Positions 39,821 to 50,209 are shown, numbered from the stretch's first letter. The stretch is 64,000 nt of DNA from Candidatus Latescibacterota bacterium (GCA_965237675.1 OZ250150.1:352001-416000), one strand, 5' to 3'. Notes: generated by a model from the letters alone, not told the origin. Made by a program: numbers and translations.

Positions 39821-40186
39821 CTACTCGCCGAGGTATGCGACCGCGTCGATTTCGACGAGGATGCCCTTGAACATGTCGCCCGCTCCGACCAGACGCCTGG
39901 TGGGCATCCGGCCTCTGTTATTGAAATACCGCATGTAGGTGCGATTGAAATCGTCGCGGTCGGCCATGTCCAGTAGAAAGACGTTGACGCGGACGACGTC
40001 GTCGAAGGTGGCGCCCTCTTTTTGCAGGACATCCTTCATGTTGTCCATCGTCAAGATGGTTTGTTCCTCGATATTCCTGCCGACGACTTCGCCGCCTTCG
40101 ACGGGGCCGAAGCCGGAAAGGAAGAGCATATCGCCGGCGCGGCGGGCCATGGAATAAAAGGGCTCGGGGTTCTCCATATTGGCCAT
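39821..40186 (-). CDS. RidA/YjgF family imine deaminase
   Basis: YSMARRAGDMLFLSG, PTR conserved Arg, VEIDAVA. Confidence 0.9.
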   Translation of the reverse strand: MANMENPEPFYSMARRAGDMLFLSGFGPVEGGEVVGRNIEEQTILTMDNMKDVLQKEGATFDDVVRVNVFLLDMADRDDFNRTYMRYFNNRGRMPTRRLVGAGDMFKGILVEIDAVAYLGE

Positions 40187-40248
40187 GGGGTTAATCTCCT
40201 GAAGTTGCGCTCCCCGCTTCAATTCCGCGTGGAGTGCGTCGCGAGCCA

Positions 40249-41316
40249 CTAATGATCAAACAATGTGGGATCGTGTTCCTTCAGTGGATGGCGCGGTCGA
40301 ACGCCAGGGTTGACAATATTATCGGTATGGGGCCGGCGGCCGCTGAGAACCGAGACGAGGTTCTCCACGCCTGTGGTCGCCACCTCCTGGCTGGCCTGGA
40401 CGGACAGACCGGAGATATGCGGGGTGAGAATGACGTTATCAAGCCTTGTCAGCGCATGGTCCGGCGGAGACTCCTGTTCTCCGAAGATTTCTATGTCGTC
40501 AAAGGTGTCCAGAGCGGCGCCGGCCAGGTGCCCGCTCCGCAGCAGACCGGCGAGCGCACCTTCGTCCGTGATGGCGCCGCGGCAGGTATTGATGAAATAG
40601 GAACCGGGTTTCATTTTTTTCAGGTTGGACTCGTCCAGGAGCCGATAGGTATCCGCCGTGAGCGGCAGGTGCAGTGAGACAAAGTCCGACGTTTTTAAAA
40701 GCGTGTCCAGGTCCACCATTCGGACACCCAGGGCGTCGGCGTCGTCCCGCGGCGCCCGCAGGTTTTTCCGGGTGGCCTGGATGTCGAGGCCAAAGGGTCT
40801 TGCGCGTTTTACAACGGCCTTCGCCGAGGCGCCGAATCCGATCAGCCCCAGTGTGAGGCCCGATACGCGCCGGAGCCGGAGACCCTCGTCACGAGCCTGC
40901 TGGTAAGCGCCTGCGTAGAAATGCCGCGACATTTTCGGAATTTGCCGGGCAAGGCCGAGCAGGGAGGCCATTACGTGGTCGGCCATTTCTTCGTTGCAAA
41001 AGGAAGGGACATTTGAGACGAGAATGCCCTCATCGGTAGCGGTTCTGACGTCGATCTTGTCCGTGCCGTTGCCCAACCGGGAGATGATCCGGCATCTGGA
41101 CAGGCTCCTGATGACCGGTTCAGGAAGCGACGCTGAGACAACGGCAAGCGCGTCGCAATCCGCAACGCGGGCGACGATGTCGTCCGGTTCATAGGCGTCC
41201 ACCGGGATGGGCGCGATACCGTAGTGCCTGTAAAGCGATACCTCGGTCGGATTTATCGGTATAACGTCGGCATTGAGGCGGGCGAAGCGGACATCTTCAA
41301 AACCGGTCCCGGGCAT
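40249..41316 (-). CDS. D-isomer-specific 2-hydroxyacid dehydrogenase (CtBP-like)
   Basis: GLIGFG, SLHLPL, INTCRG, AALD, TPH. Confidence 0.9.
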   Translation of the reverse strand: MPGTGFEDVRFARLNADVIPINPTEVSLYRHYGIAPIPVDAYEPDDIVARVADCDALAVVSASLPEPVIRSLSRCRIISRLGNGTDKIDVRTATDEGILVSNVPSFCNEEMADHVMASLLGLARQIPKMSRHFYAGAYQQARDEGLRLRRVSGLTLGLIGFGASAKAVVKRARPFGLDIQATRKNLRAPRDDADALGVRMVDLDTLLKTSDFVSLHLPLTADTYRLLDESNLKKMKPGSYFINTCRGAITDEGALAGLLRSGHLAGAALDTFDDIEIFGEQESPPDHALTRLDNVILTPHISGLSVQASQEVATTGVENLVSVLSGRRPHTDNIVNPGVRPRHPLKEHDPTLFDH

Positions 41317-41365
41317 AGGGTAAATTGACAACATTGAAAAGCAATCAGCCCTCATTGGAAAAAAA

Positions 41366-41533
41366 TCAGGCGGCATTTCGCAGGACGACGCAGATATTCC
41401 GGAGTTGTTTTCGGTGTGTTAGTTTTGTTGCATTCGCAGCGTAAGACGCCATTCGGGGCGCACGAGAAGGCCGACGCCTGTCTGCGCGCATGGCGAGCGA
41501 GTAGATATTGGTATCGATCAAGAATTCGTTCAC
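41366..41533 (-). pseudogene. vapC: Truncated VapC (PIN) toxin
   Basis: GTGA-coupled start gives MNEFLIDTNIYSLAMR (PIN DTN motif); similarity is then lost and the frame stops at 55 aa. Confidence 0.7.
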
Positions 41534-41802
41534 TGCCAAAGTTCCGAATCAATGCGTCGCTCGGAGTCAAATTTCTGTTGGATTCGAGCAAACTCATTTT
41601 CGTCCCAACGTCCGAACAGGTGATCCAGGTCGTTATGGATCGCGGTGAACCGACGTGATTTGTTTAGTCCGAACTGTTTTCGCAATGCGTCCAGTGCCGT
41701 CTGGTTCATGCTCTTGCCTTCCCGCTCGGCCACCTCCCTCAACTTGGCGGCAAGCTGGGGGTCCAGCCCACGCAGGGTCATGCTCTTCAGAACATCCGCC
41801 AA
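41530..41802 (-). CDS. Ribbon-helix-helix (FitA/VapB-like) antitoxin
   Basis: SMTLRGLDPQLAAKLREVAEREGKSMN...DLDHLFGRW...RIDSELW, upstream of the PIN stub. Confidence 0.8.
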   Translation of the reverse strand: MADVLKSMTLRGLDPQLAAKLREVAEREGKSMNQTALDALRKQFGLNKSRRFTAIHNDLDHLFGRWDENEFARIQQKFDSERRIDSELWQ

Positions 41803-41889
41803 GGCGCACTCCCTTCTTGAAATACAATCAATATATGATGGCAAAATGATCTCATTATACGTGATCATTCTCCGCAGTTCAAGCATCAT

Positions 41890-42310
41890 CCGTATGCCAC
41901 CTTTGAAGCAACGGACGTCGAGGGGATTCGGCGCAGGTTCTGCCGCTCCATCGACGAGTACCTCAGAAGCTGTTTTAAAATTACCGGTGAGTTCCCGAGC
42001 GCGAGCGAAAAAGTGACGGTCAAGGCGGGAAAATCCGCCTATGAGAGGCGAGGGGCGCGCAGCCTCGACTAAAGATACGGGTGGGTTTGACCAACGCCGA
42101 CCGGCGCTTTTGCAGCCGCGCGAAGACCGCTGGGGATTTTAAAACAGCTTCTCAGAGCCGTGAGGAAGACGACATCAAGCCTGAGTAGCCGTTCTCAGGC
42201 AAACTTAATGTACGGGTCTGGCCAGACGCTCAGCAGCGCGTTGCACACCAGGCGGCAAAGAACGGTCTGAGCTTGAATAGCCGGAGCACGCAAGCGCTGG
42301 GACGAGCCTG
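41890..42310 (+). pseudogene. hicB: HicB antitoxin remnant interrupted by MITE
   Basis: ATFEATDVEGIRRRFCRSIDEYL [MITE] REEDDIKPE*PFSGKLNVRV...AAKNGLSLN; TAG at 42186-42188; N-terminus missing. Confidence 0.8.
41966..42151. mobile_element. MITE, family A copy 2 (186 bp)
   Basis: Perfect TIRs GAAGCTGTTTTAAAAT/ATTTTAAAACAGCTTC; TCA on both flanks. Confidence 0.88.
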
Positions 42311-42399
42311 CCCGAGTAGTATCAAGACCCTGGACGATGTAGTCTTGCCGTCGCGTTATTGAGCCTCCTCCAAAAAAGTGGCGCAGAGGCAAAGCCTCT

Positions 42400-43461
42400 T
42401 CAGCGGATTTTTCCGCGCGCGTGCACCGGCCAGGTCGCTTCGACCTTTCCGTTTCGCGTGGCAACCATTTCATCGTGTTCGTTGACGCAGGGGCAGGGGT
42501 GAACGGGAAGCACTTGCACACGCTCGCCGATTTCCGGTTTGTCCGCGCATCCGGATATATCCACGTGGCCGTGCTCTTCGGAGGCGATTCCGATCCGGGC
42601 ATCCGGGTATTCGACGATGTGACCCATGCAATCTCCCCGGTCGGTCTTATAAATGGATGCGCTCAGCGCTTTGCTTCCGGCGTCCAGGAACATACGGTCT
42701 TCGGTGGGCCTGCTCACGACGGTCGTGATCACGCGGAGCGCGCATTGCTCCAGGGTGTGGCGGCCTTCGGCAAGGTGCATTGCGCCGCCCACCGTGTATT
42801 CGCCCGCGCGGTACTCGGTGAGTTCCGGGATTTCGTGCGCGTCCATGGCGTGGGGCGTGCCGCCGCCGCTTACAACGGCGCGAGGCAGGCCGGCCCTGTC
42901 GAACAGGTCTATGGTCTCCTGAATGAGCGGTCTTGATTCGGGTGGCGTGGGAAAGCCCATGAATCCCCGGAGTTCCAGACCGGGGAGGTCGTGGACGAGT
43001 TTCGCCAGTTCCGTGGCTTGCCTGGGCGTGGGAACGCCCGTGCGTTCAAATCCCATTTCGACTTCGATCAGAATGCCGATGGAAACGCCTTCAGCGTCGG
43101 CCGCTCCGGAGAGTCCACGCACGGTGAATTCAGAGTCCGGTGCAATGGTAATCGGCAGTCGTTTCGCCAGGGCCGTAAGCCGGTCCAGCTTCTGTCTGCC
43201 CAGGATATTATAGGGAACAAGCAGGTCGGTGTGGATGCCACCCGCTGCCAGGACTTCGGCTTCGCCGAGCTTCTGACACGTCAGGCCTATGGCGCCATAC
43301 TTCAATTGCAACTGGGCGACGGCCAGGGTCTTGTGGGTCTTGATATGTGGACGGAAGCCGATGCCGTGTTTTTTGAAATAGCCGTGGTATCGATCCAGGT
43401 TTTCTTCCAGGGCGTCCAGATTGATGACAAGGACAGGCGTGTCCAGTTCGTCGATGCGCAT
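42400..43461 (-). CDS. DSD1/D-threonine aldolase-like fold-III PLP enzyme
   Basis: RPHIKTHK (PLP Lys), SGGGTP, DAGSKAL, SEEHG, HPC metal motif. Confidence 0.88.
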   Translation of the reverse strand: MRIDELDTPVLVINLDALEENLDRYHGYFKKHGIGFRPHIKTHKTLAVAQLQLKYGAIGLTCQKLGEAEVLAAGGIHTDLLVPYNILGRQKLDRLTALAKRLPITIAPDSEFTVRGLSGAADAEGVSIGILIEVEMGFERTGVPTPRQATELAKLVHDLPGLELRGFMGFPTPPESRPLIQETIDLFDRAGLPRAVVSGGGTPHAMDAHEIPELTEYRAGEYTVGGAMHLAEGRHTLEQCALRVITTVVSRPTEDRMFLDAGSKALSASIYKTDRGDCMGHIVEYPDARIGIASEEHGHVDISGCADKPEIGERVQVLPVHPCPCVNEHDEMVATRNGKVEATWPVHARGKIR

Positions 43462-43863
43462 GCAGGGCTCCTTCGCCGGGAGTCGTCAGTTGGTCTTACC
43501 TGAATAAGAGATAGCTTGCACAGCGGCACAGGTCAAGGAATTTCGCAACCGGAGTACGTGGGATTGCTTTTTCCTTGACATGCTGCGTTTTCGGCCCAAA
43601 GTTAGTGTTGAAAACGGTCCGTTTGGGGTTAAGGATTGCGCATTCGGCACCGTGGCTTTGCTCTCGGAACGACCTGTCGATCGTGCGGGTTCCCGCCAGC
43701 CCGTCAGCACCGGCTGCCTGACGACCGGACCGGAAGGGGTCCGGATATTGGGCGGTCTTCGTTCCTTGACGGGGGATGGCGGGTTGGATAGTTTTCCATA
43801 GAGCAGTCCGTGCTGCTGACTCGATGCGCAAACGAACGGATAACCGGTTCCCGGAGGCAAACC

Positions 43864-46326
43864 ATGAAAAACGACATTTATCGCCGCAGCCCATACCGTC
43901 CGGTCCGCCTGTGTTTCTGGGTGTGGCTTCTGTCCGTATCGGTGGTGTCGGAAACCCCCGCGGCCAAGCAGACAACACACACGTACAGCCCGGCCGCTCG
44001 AGACTCGCTGATTTCAGCGACCGAGCAGCAGTTGCGTTCGGGAGCTTTTGAGGAAGCGGCCGAAATCCTTCGGCAGCTTGTCGAGGCATTTCCGGATGAC
44101 GCCGACCTCCAGACGCGCCAGGGGTACGCCTTGTTGAAGGCGAGAGATTTCGAATCCGCCATAAAGGCTTTCGAATCGGCCAAGAAACTCGATCCCGACC
44201 GTCCGGACACCCATGTGGGGCTCGGGCTGGCCCAGTTGAGAAAACCGGGAATGGGATTGGAGGCGCTTTTCAACTTTCGCCGGGCCGTGGGCGAATCCAA
44301 ATCCGCCATCCAGATCAACGCGGCTTACGGGCCGGCCTATCGGCTCCTGGGGGAGGCCTACGGACGATTTGAAGAAGACCACGAAAAGGCCATGGGCTAC
44401 TATATGACGTACATCGAGTTGGAACCCGACAACCCCGATGGACGCTACGAATTCGGGCTTTCGTGTATCCAACTCGGGCAGTACGAGAAAATCGACACCT
44501 ATATCACCCCCTTTGTCGAGAAGCACCCGTCTGAGACCCGACTGCTTTCACTGGCCGCGCAGGCGCATTTCTTCCTGGAGCGTTTCGGACGGGCGATGGA
44601 ACTCTTCGAGAGGTATCTGCAGACACTGGGCCACGCGGAGCGCGGTCTATATACCGACATTTCCCCGATTGCCTCGCAAGCGGAACTCGAAGAATACCGG
44701 GCCGCCACCGGCGAGGAACAGACGGCCTACCTGAAGAGGTTCTGGTTAAGCAGAGATTCCGATATCCTGACCGCGATTAACGAGAGGATTATCGAGCACT
44801 ACCGCCGTGTCTGGTACGCCCGGACCTTCTTCGCCATCGGGGCCAGCCCGTGGGACAGGCGAGGGGAGGTTTACATCCGTTACGGGGAGCCCGATTACCG
44901 ATCCCGGTCCACGCACAGGCAATTTGTGCAGAATCCAAAGGTTCAGGCCGTACGAGACAGGATGGCAGTCGCCCTCTACGGCGACGAGGCCGCCCTCCTG
45001 ACCTTTACCGGCCCCGTGTTTCCGGTTCGGGCGAATCGCAGTCACCTGGCGGCCACGCTCTTCGACAGGGAGGAGACGCAGGATGTATCCGGCTCGACAA
45101 CGGCTGACGACGAACTCGGAGTCGACGCCTCCCAGGTTTCGGCGCTGGCGGAGGGCGAAACGGACCCACTCGAGACACTTCGCGAAGGCAGCCGCTTCGA
45201 CGGGTTCGGGAATCTGAATACACGGCTCAATTTCGGAGGGTACGCACCGATCACACTGGACAACGAGGGCGGAACCGTGCCCTGGGAAACCTGGACGTAC
45301 ACGCGTATCGGAAACGGCATGGAAATCACGTTTACGGACGAAACGGGCACCGGAGCGTTCGACTTCGCGCCCATCCCTCCTCCGTCTCTGGATACGGCCC
45401 TTTCCCGGCTCTCCCGATTCACCGAGTACGCCCCGGGCGTTGTTTTTCGCAACGCGGTTGCCCGCATGCCCGATGTCTACCGTCCCAGGTTTCACCATCC
45501 CCCGCTGGACTTTTACTTCGACCTGGCCAGTTTCCGGGCGACGGAGGGCCAGACCACACTGGAGGTCTACTACGGAATACCCGCCGCACAGGTGAAGATC
45601 GCGCAAAGGCGCGACGTGTCTTATATCCAGGTCAAGTGCGCGCTGGCCCTGGCCAACGCGGATTACAGCAAGATTCACCGGATGGATTCCAGCCGCGCCT
45701 ACCGCGTCGCGAGCGATTACAGAGGATCCCAGAAAGCATTCATGCCGGAACTGCTCAAACTCCAGGTTCCACCTGGGAAATACGACCTTCAGGTCCAGAT
45801 CAAGGATCTGATTTCCGGGCACACCGGTATATACAGGCAGTCGGTGGAGGTGAGGAAATATCCCGAAGATCGGCTACGTATCAGCGATATTCAACTTGCC
45901 GCCACAATCGGAGACAAGAAACTCCAGGACCGATTCAAAAAAGGCGACGTGTGGGTTGTACCCATGCCAACCCGGAACTACCGGGGAGCCCAGCAGGTAT
46001 ACGCCTACTACGAGATCTACAACCTGAAGAAGGATAGATTCGGCCAGACGCGTTTCAAGGTAAAATACGTAGTGCGATACGTTTCGAAACCCATTCGCGG
46101 GGCCCTCGGATCGGTCGCGACCGGACTCCGCTCGCTTTTCAGAAGCAAGAAACCCCAGGTCTCGGTTTCGTACGAACACGAGGGAAACGAACCGAACGAA
46201 CAGGAATACCTGGAGATCGATCTCGGAAAGGTCAAACATGGGGTGAACATTCTCGAGGTGAAAATAGAGGATCTTGTCAGCGGCAAGAGCGAGGAACGCG
46301 AAATTCGTTTTCAGTACGGAGGTTAA
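43864..46326 (+). CDS. Secreted TPR + GWxTD-domain protein
   Basis: Signal peptide; TPR helices; FW..RD...NER..EHYRR..YA..F...WDRRGEVYIRYGEPD; WETWTY. Confidence 0.82.
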   Translation: MKNDIYRRSPYRPVRLCFWVWLLSVSVVSETPAAKQTTHTYSPAARDSLISATEQQLRSGAFEEAAEILRQLVEAFPDDADLQTRQGYALLKARDFESAIKAFESAKKLDPDRPDTHVGLGLAQLRKPGMGLEALFNFRRAVGESKSAIQINAAYGPAYRLLGEAYGRFEEDHEKAMGYYMTYIELEPDNPDGRYEFGLSCIQLGQYEKIDTYITPFVEKHPSETRLLSLAAQAHFFLERFGRAMELFERYLQTLGHAERGLYTDISPIASQAELEEYRAATGEEQTAYLKRFWLSRDSDILTAINERIIEHYRRVWYARTFFAIGASPWDRRGEVYIRYGEPDYRSRSTHRQFVQNPKVQAVRDRMAVALYGDEAALLTFTGPVFPVRANRSHLAATLFDREETQDVSGSTTADDELGVDASQVSALAEGETDPLETLREGSRFDGFGNLNTRLNFGGYAPITLDNEGGTVPWETWTYTRIGNGMEITFTDETGTGAFDFAPIPPPSLDTALSRLSRFTEYAPGVVFRNAVARMPDVYRPRFHHPPLDFYFDLASFRATEGQTTLEVYYGIPAAQVKIAQRRDVSYIQVKCALALANADYSKIHRMDSSRAYRVASDYRGSQKAFMPELLKLQVPPGKYDLQVQIKDLISGHTGIYRQSVEVRKYPEDRLRISDIQLAATIGDKKLQDRFKKGDVWVVPMPTRNYRGAQQVYAYYEIYNLKKDRFGQTRFKVKYVVRYVSKPIRGALGSVATGLRSLFRSKKPQVSVSYEHEGNEPNEQEYLEIDLGKVKHGVNILEVKIEDLVSGKSEEREIRFQYGG

Positions 46327-46628
46327 TGTTCGACCGGCGTGCGTTTCAAATGGCTCAGAAAACGGTGCCTGTTGCGGCGAATCGAGCCCTTCCGTCAATC
46401 GCTGCTTCGGCAGGGTTATCGTTCGCGTTCTTTACGGCGCTGGCCAGGGATTACATGGATATTATCCCGGAATCCGTTGCGGCCAGGGCATTGGTCGGAG
46501 GGCACCTGATCCTCTCGATCGGGTGGGGCCTGGTCGTGTTCGCTGCCGTGATGTCGTACATCCAACCGCAGATAGAGCGGATTTCCCTGCGGGAGAAAAC
46601 AGCCAGCCACGACCAGGGGTCCCCCTGA
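46326..46628 (+). CDS. Small two-TM membrane protein
   Basis: TAATG coupling to the GWxTD gene; two hydrophobic segments. Confidence 0.5.
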   Translation: MFDRRAFQMAQKTVPVAANRALPSIAASAGLSFAFFTALARDYMDIIPESVAARALVGGHLILSIGWGLVVFAAVMSYIQPQIERISLREKTASHDQGSP

Positions 46629-46662
46629 CGTGCGCACGAAGGCTCTGGCACGGAGGTCAGCA

Positions 46663-49092
46663 ATGTTGAAACTACAGGTTTTGCAGGTTACGGTGAACCA
46701 GGTGCGGTTGGGCGTGGAACTGGCAGGTCACAACGGTGCCCGCATATACCGGTCGCGGCGGGCGTCCGGGCCCTACGAAGAGGTGGGGTTGGCGTTTGAC
46801 GAGACGTATGACGATACCGTGCACCTGGAACCCGGAAAGACCTATTTCTACCTCGCCGTGGAGTGGCGGGCGCCCAGTCTGTATCCGGAAACGAGCAGCC
46901 TCAGGGAAGGAAGTCCGCTTCGGGTTACCGTACCCAGGGCGCAGAAGGAGCGGCGTTTCGTGCTGACGGGGAAGCACGAGGAATTCACGATTTCAATGGG
47001 GGGGTACCTGGACGAATCGAATACGGTGACGGTGGGCCCGGAAGTCTACTGTCCCGGTCCAAATTCGAGTATGCCGCCGTACGATCAGGCCTTCGAGCCC
47101 AACCGGTACGTCGCCATCGAGAACGTGGGAGACACGGACGTGGAGAACCCGTGGGTGGTGGCCAACGGTCAGCGGGACTGGTGGTCGGCGGAGACGATGG
47201 CGAAAGAGATCGCCGGCATCGCCGGCGGCGGCGGGCTGAACGACGGGGACAAGATGATGGCGATCTGGAAATTCGTGGTCGACGAGCTTTACGACAGCCG
47301 GATCGGTATGTCCTGGTTCGACCAGACCAGCGACCCCGTCAGACTCTTCAACGTCTACGGGTTCGAGGGCTGTGTGGCCAACGCCATCACGAGCCGGCGC
47401 CTCGCGGAGGCGATGGGCGTGGAGGGCCGGGAAATCTGGCTGGGAGGCACCATCGACGGACACGGACGCGGGCGCAGTTGCGGGCACGATATCTTCGAGG
47501 CGTTCGCGGACGGGGCATGGCATTTTCTGGATACGGATCTCATGGTGTTTTTTCTGAAACGGGACAACAGGACGGTTGCCGGTTCCGAAGACCTGTCCAG
47601 GGATATCGACCTGCTGCGCCGCTCCCACCGCAACCTGGGCCTGTGCGGGCGCGACCTGCCCGGGAAGGACTATTACTACACGCCTTTTCGGGAACGCCAG
47701 TTCGTATATCCTCCCAACAAGGGCGGCGCCTGGATGGACGCCGCGGGAAAGATAAAACAGACCCCGGGGGAATTCCCGCCCGCACAAACAATGGCGTTAC
47801 GGCTGCGCCCGGGAGAGAAACTCATCCGCTACTGGGACAATGTCGGAAAGAATGTGATCCGGGGGAAGCGGCTTTACCCGACCGTACGGTATTCCAACGG
47901 CAAACTGGCCTACCGGCCCGACCTGCGCAACCCGCTTGCTTTGAAGGGGACCGAACGGACGAAGAACGTCGTACAGGAAACCGGTAGGCGCGTTGCACTG
48001 CATCCGGAAAAGGAAGGGGAGGTTTCGGAGGTGGTGTGGCGTGTGGCGTCGCCCTACGCGATTGCAGGGGCGCGAGTGGGTATCAGATGTCGATGTGACA
48101 CGCAGGAAGACGGTCTGGAAGTGCTGTTTTCCAAAGATGGCGAAGACTGGCGCTCTTTGTGGGTCGCCATCGGGCGGAGGCTGGACGCCTCCGTGGAACT
48201 GGACTGGTATCTCAACCCGGCGCTGAACGATTGGCGTGGGGAGAAGGATCTGGGTTGGCGGATGGGCCCAGGTTACGAATACTACATCAAAGTGGCCATG
48301 TGGGCGGGATCCCGGCCCGAAGCGGTGGGTCTGGACGCGATCCGTTTCGATACGGACATCCAGTGCGCCACGCGGTCCCTGCCTTCGCTATTTTGCGGCG
48401 AGAATAAGATCGCCTACCGGGATGACGGCCCGGGGCAGCGGAAGGTGCAGGTGACGTATGGATGGAGGGAGGAGCGGTCCACCCGTCCACCGGGAGCCCC
48501 CGGGCTGGTGTACCCCGAGCCCGGATCCGACGTCGACTGCCTGGATTTCGAATTCCGGTGGAAGCGTCCGCGAGGGGGTAGCGGAAAGGTGGACGATTAC
48601 CATATCCAGGTCAGCCGATATGCGGATTTCAGGTGGTGCGTCTGCCCCGCGTTCGACCGGTACGTGGAAAGAACCGCTTATGCGGGCGGGACGAAATGGC
48701 AGGCGGAGTTTCCCAATCTGCTGAATCCTGACGAAACGTATTACTGGCGTGTCAGGGCGCGGAATGAAAAGGGCGTGTGGGGGCATTGGAGCGAGGTGCG
48801 AACCTTCGTGCCGCACGGGCCGCGTTTTCCTGTAGGTCTCAAAGTGGAGGGCAGGGGCAGAAAACGAACGCTGGTATGGTCCGCGAACGACGAAGGGAAC
48901 CGGGCGAAGCGTTATCTTGTGCACGGATGTGGGGAGCCCGGAGGATTTTCCGCAACGAATGGGAATCTGCTGGGTGATGTGGGTGAAGCCCGCTGGCCGT
49001 TGAACGACGCAGAGAAGGGGATGTCCTATCGGGTCGTGGCGGTGGATGCCGGCGGCGTCCCGAGCACACCGTCGGACTATGTAACGGTGTGA
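46663..49092 (+). CDS. Transglutaminase-like domain protein with Ig/FN3-like modules
   Basis: YGFEGC...GHDIFEAFADGAWHFLDTD (Cys-His-Asp); YYWRVRARN and YRVVAVD FN3-like strands; GGAGG RBS. Confidence 0.7.
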   Translation: MLKLQVLQVTVNQVRLGVELAGHNGARIYRSRRASGPYEEVGLAFDETYDDTVHLEPGKTYFYLAVEWRAPSLYPETSSLREGSPLRVTVPRAQKERRFVLTGKHEEFTISMGGYLDESNTVTVGPEVYCPGPNSSMPPYDQAFEPNRYVAIENVGDTDVENPWVVANGQRDWWSAETMAKEIAGIAGGGGLNDGDKMMAIWKFVVDELYDSRIGMSWFDQTSDPVRLFNVYGFEGCVANAITSRRLAEAMGVEGREIWLGGTIDGHGRGRSCGHDIFEAFADGAWHFLDTDLMVFFLKRDNRTVAGSEDLSRDIDLLRRSHRNLGLCGRDLPGKDYYYTPFRERQFVYPPNKGGAWMDAAGKIKQTPGEFPPAQTMALRLRPGEKLIRYWDNVGKNVIRGKRLYPTVRYSNGKLAYRPDLRNPLALKGTERTKNVVQETGRRVALHPEKEGEVSEVVWRVASPYAIAGARVGIRCRCDTQEDGLEVLFSKDGEDWRSLWVAIGRRLDASVELDWYLNPALNDWRGEKDLGWRMGPGYEYYIKVAMWAGSRPEAVGLDAIRFDTDIQCATRSLPSLFCGENKIAYRDDGPGQRKVQVTYGWREERSTRPPGAPGLVYPEPGSDVDCLDFEFRWKRPRGGSGKVDDYHIQVSRYADFRWCVCPAFDRYVERTAYAGGTKWQAEFPNLLNPDETYYWRVRARNEKGVWGHWSEVRTFVPHGPRFPVGLKVEGRGRKRTLVWSANDEGNRAKRYLVHGCGEPGGFSATNGNLLGDVGEARWPLNDAEKGMSYRVVAVDAGGVPSTPSDYVTV

Positions 49093-49147
49093 GCGCCATC
49101 CGACCTGCGCGTTGCAGGGCGTCTCGACTATTTTACGGGGGTGACAT

Positions 49148-50197
49148 ATGAACGGACGTGAATACCGCGCGGTTATCGTGGGACTGACGGGAATCGGGGC
49201 CAAACGTCCGGCGGAAGCGGAGGATCTGCCGGTATACGGCGCCATGCCGGCGTCGCACGCCTCCGCCTATTACCGGTGTCCTCAGACCCGGCTGACCGGT
49301 GTCTGCGACCTGCGTGAGGAGGCGCTGGACGGATTCAGGGCGAACTGGAACGACGTGTGGCCCGAGATGCGTTATTACGTCGATTATCGGGAGATGCTGG
49401 AGGCCGAGGGCCCCGACCTGGTGAGCGTCGCGACGTCCGACCACTTCCACGCCGATATCGTTGTGGCCGCTGCTGAACGCGGCACGCCCGCGATACTTTG
49501 CGAGAAACCGCTGGCGACAACGCTCGAAGACGCCGACCGGATGATTGCCGCGGCCGAAGCGAGCGGGACCATTCTCTCAGTGGATCACTCCCGCAGGTGG
49601 TACCCACAGTACCTCAAGGCGCGTGAGATTGTCCGAAGCGGGCAGATCGGACCGCTGCGCACCATCGGGTGCGAGATGTTCGGTCCGCGGTCGATGTTGT
49701 TTCGCAACGGGACCCATGCCCTGGATACGGTCTGCTTTTTTGCCGACGAGGACCCTCAGTGGCTGGTGGCGGACCTGCAGGACGGGTTCGAACACTTCAC
49801 CGAGTATCAGGGAGGGGGAGGAAAGGATTCCGCAAGCGATCCGTATGCCTCGGCCTACATCCGGTTCGGGAATGGCGTAAGGGCCTTTTTCAACTCCTTC
49901 AAGACGGGGTTTTCCGGGTGGCGGTTCGTTCTGACGTGCGAGGACGGGCGGGTGGAAGCGACCGATACGTCCGCCAGGCTGATCCGCGGCGCCTCGTTCG
50001 AGACTTCCGAGATCGTTCCGGAGCATTACATGCTCCATTCCAAGGGCGCCATGGTGGCGGAATTGGCACACTTGCTTGAGCACGGAGGAGAACCGGTTTC
50101 TCCCGCTCGTGAGGCGAGGAAGTCGCTGGAGGTCATTCTGGGCATTCTGAAGTCGCATCACGCGGGAAACGCCCGGGTCGACTTTCCGATTTCCTGA
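49148..50197 (+). CDS. Gfo/Idh/MocA family oxidoreductase
   Basis: IVGLTGIG, CEKPLA, DHSRRW. Confidence 0.9.
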   Translation: MNGREYRAVIVGLTGIGAKRPAEAEDLPVYGAMPASHASAYYRCPQTRLTGVCDLREEALDGFRANWNDVWPEMRYYVDYREMLEAEGPDLVSVATSDHFHADIVVAAAERGTPAILCEKPLATTLEDADRMIAAAEASGTILSVDHSRRWYPQYLKAREIVRSGQIGPLRTIGCEMFGPRSMLFRNGTHALDTVCFFADEDPQWLVADLQDGFEHFTEYQGGGGKDSASDPYASAYIRFGNGVRAFFNSFKTGFSGWRFVLTCEDGRVEATDTSARLIRGASFETSEIVPEHYMLHSKGAMVAELAHLLEHGGEPVSPAREARKSLEVILGILKSHHAGNARVDFPIS

Positions 50198-50209
50198 GGA
50201 GAACGCTAA

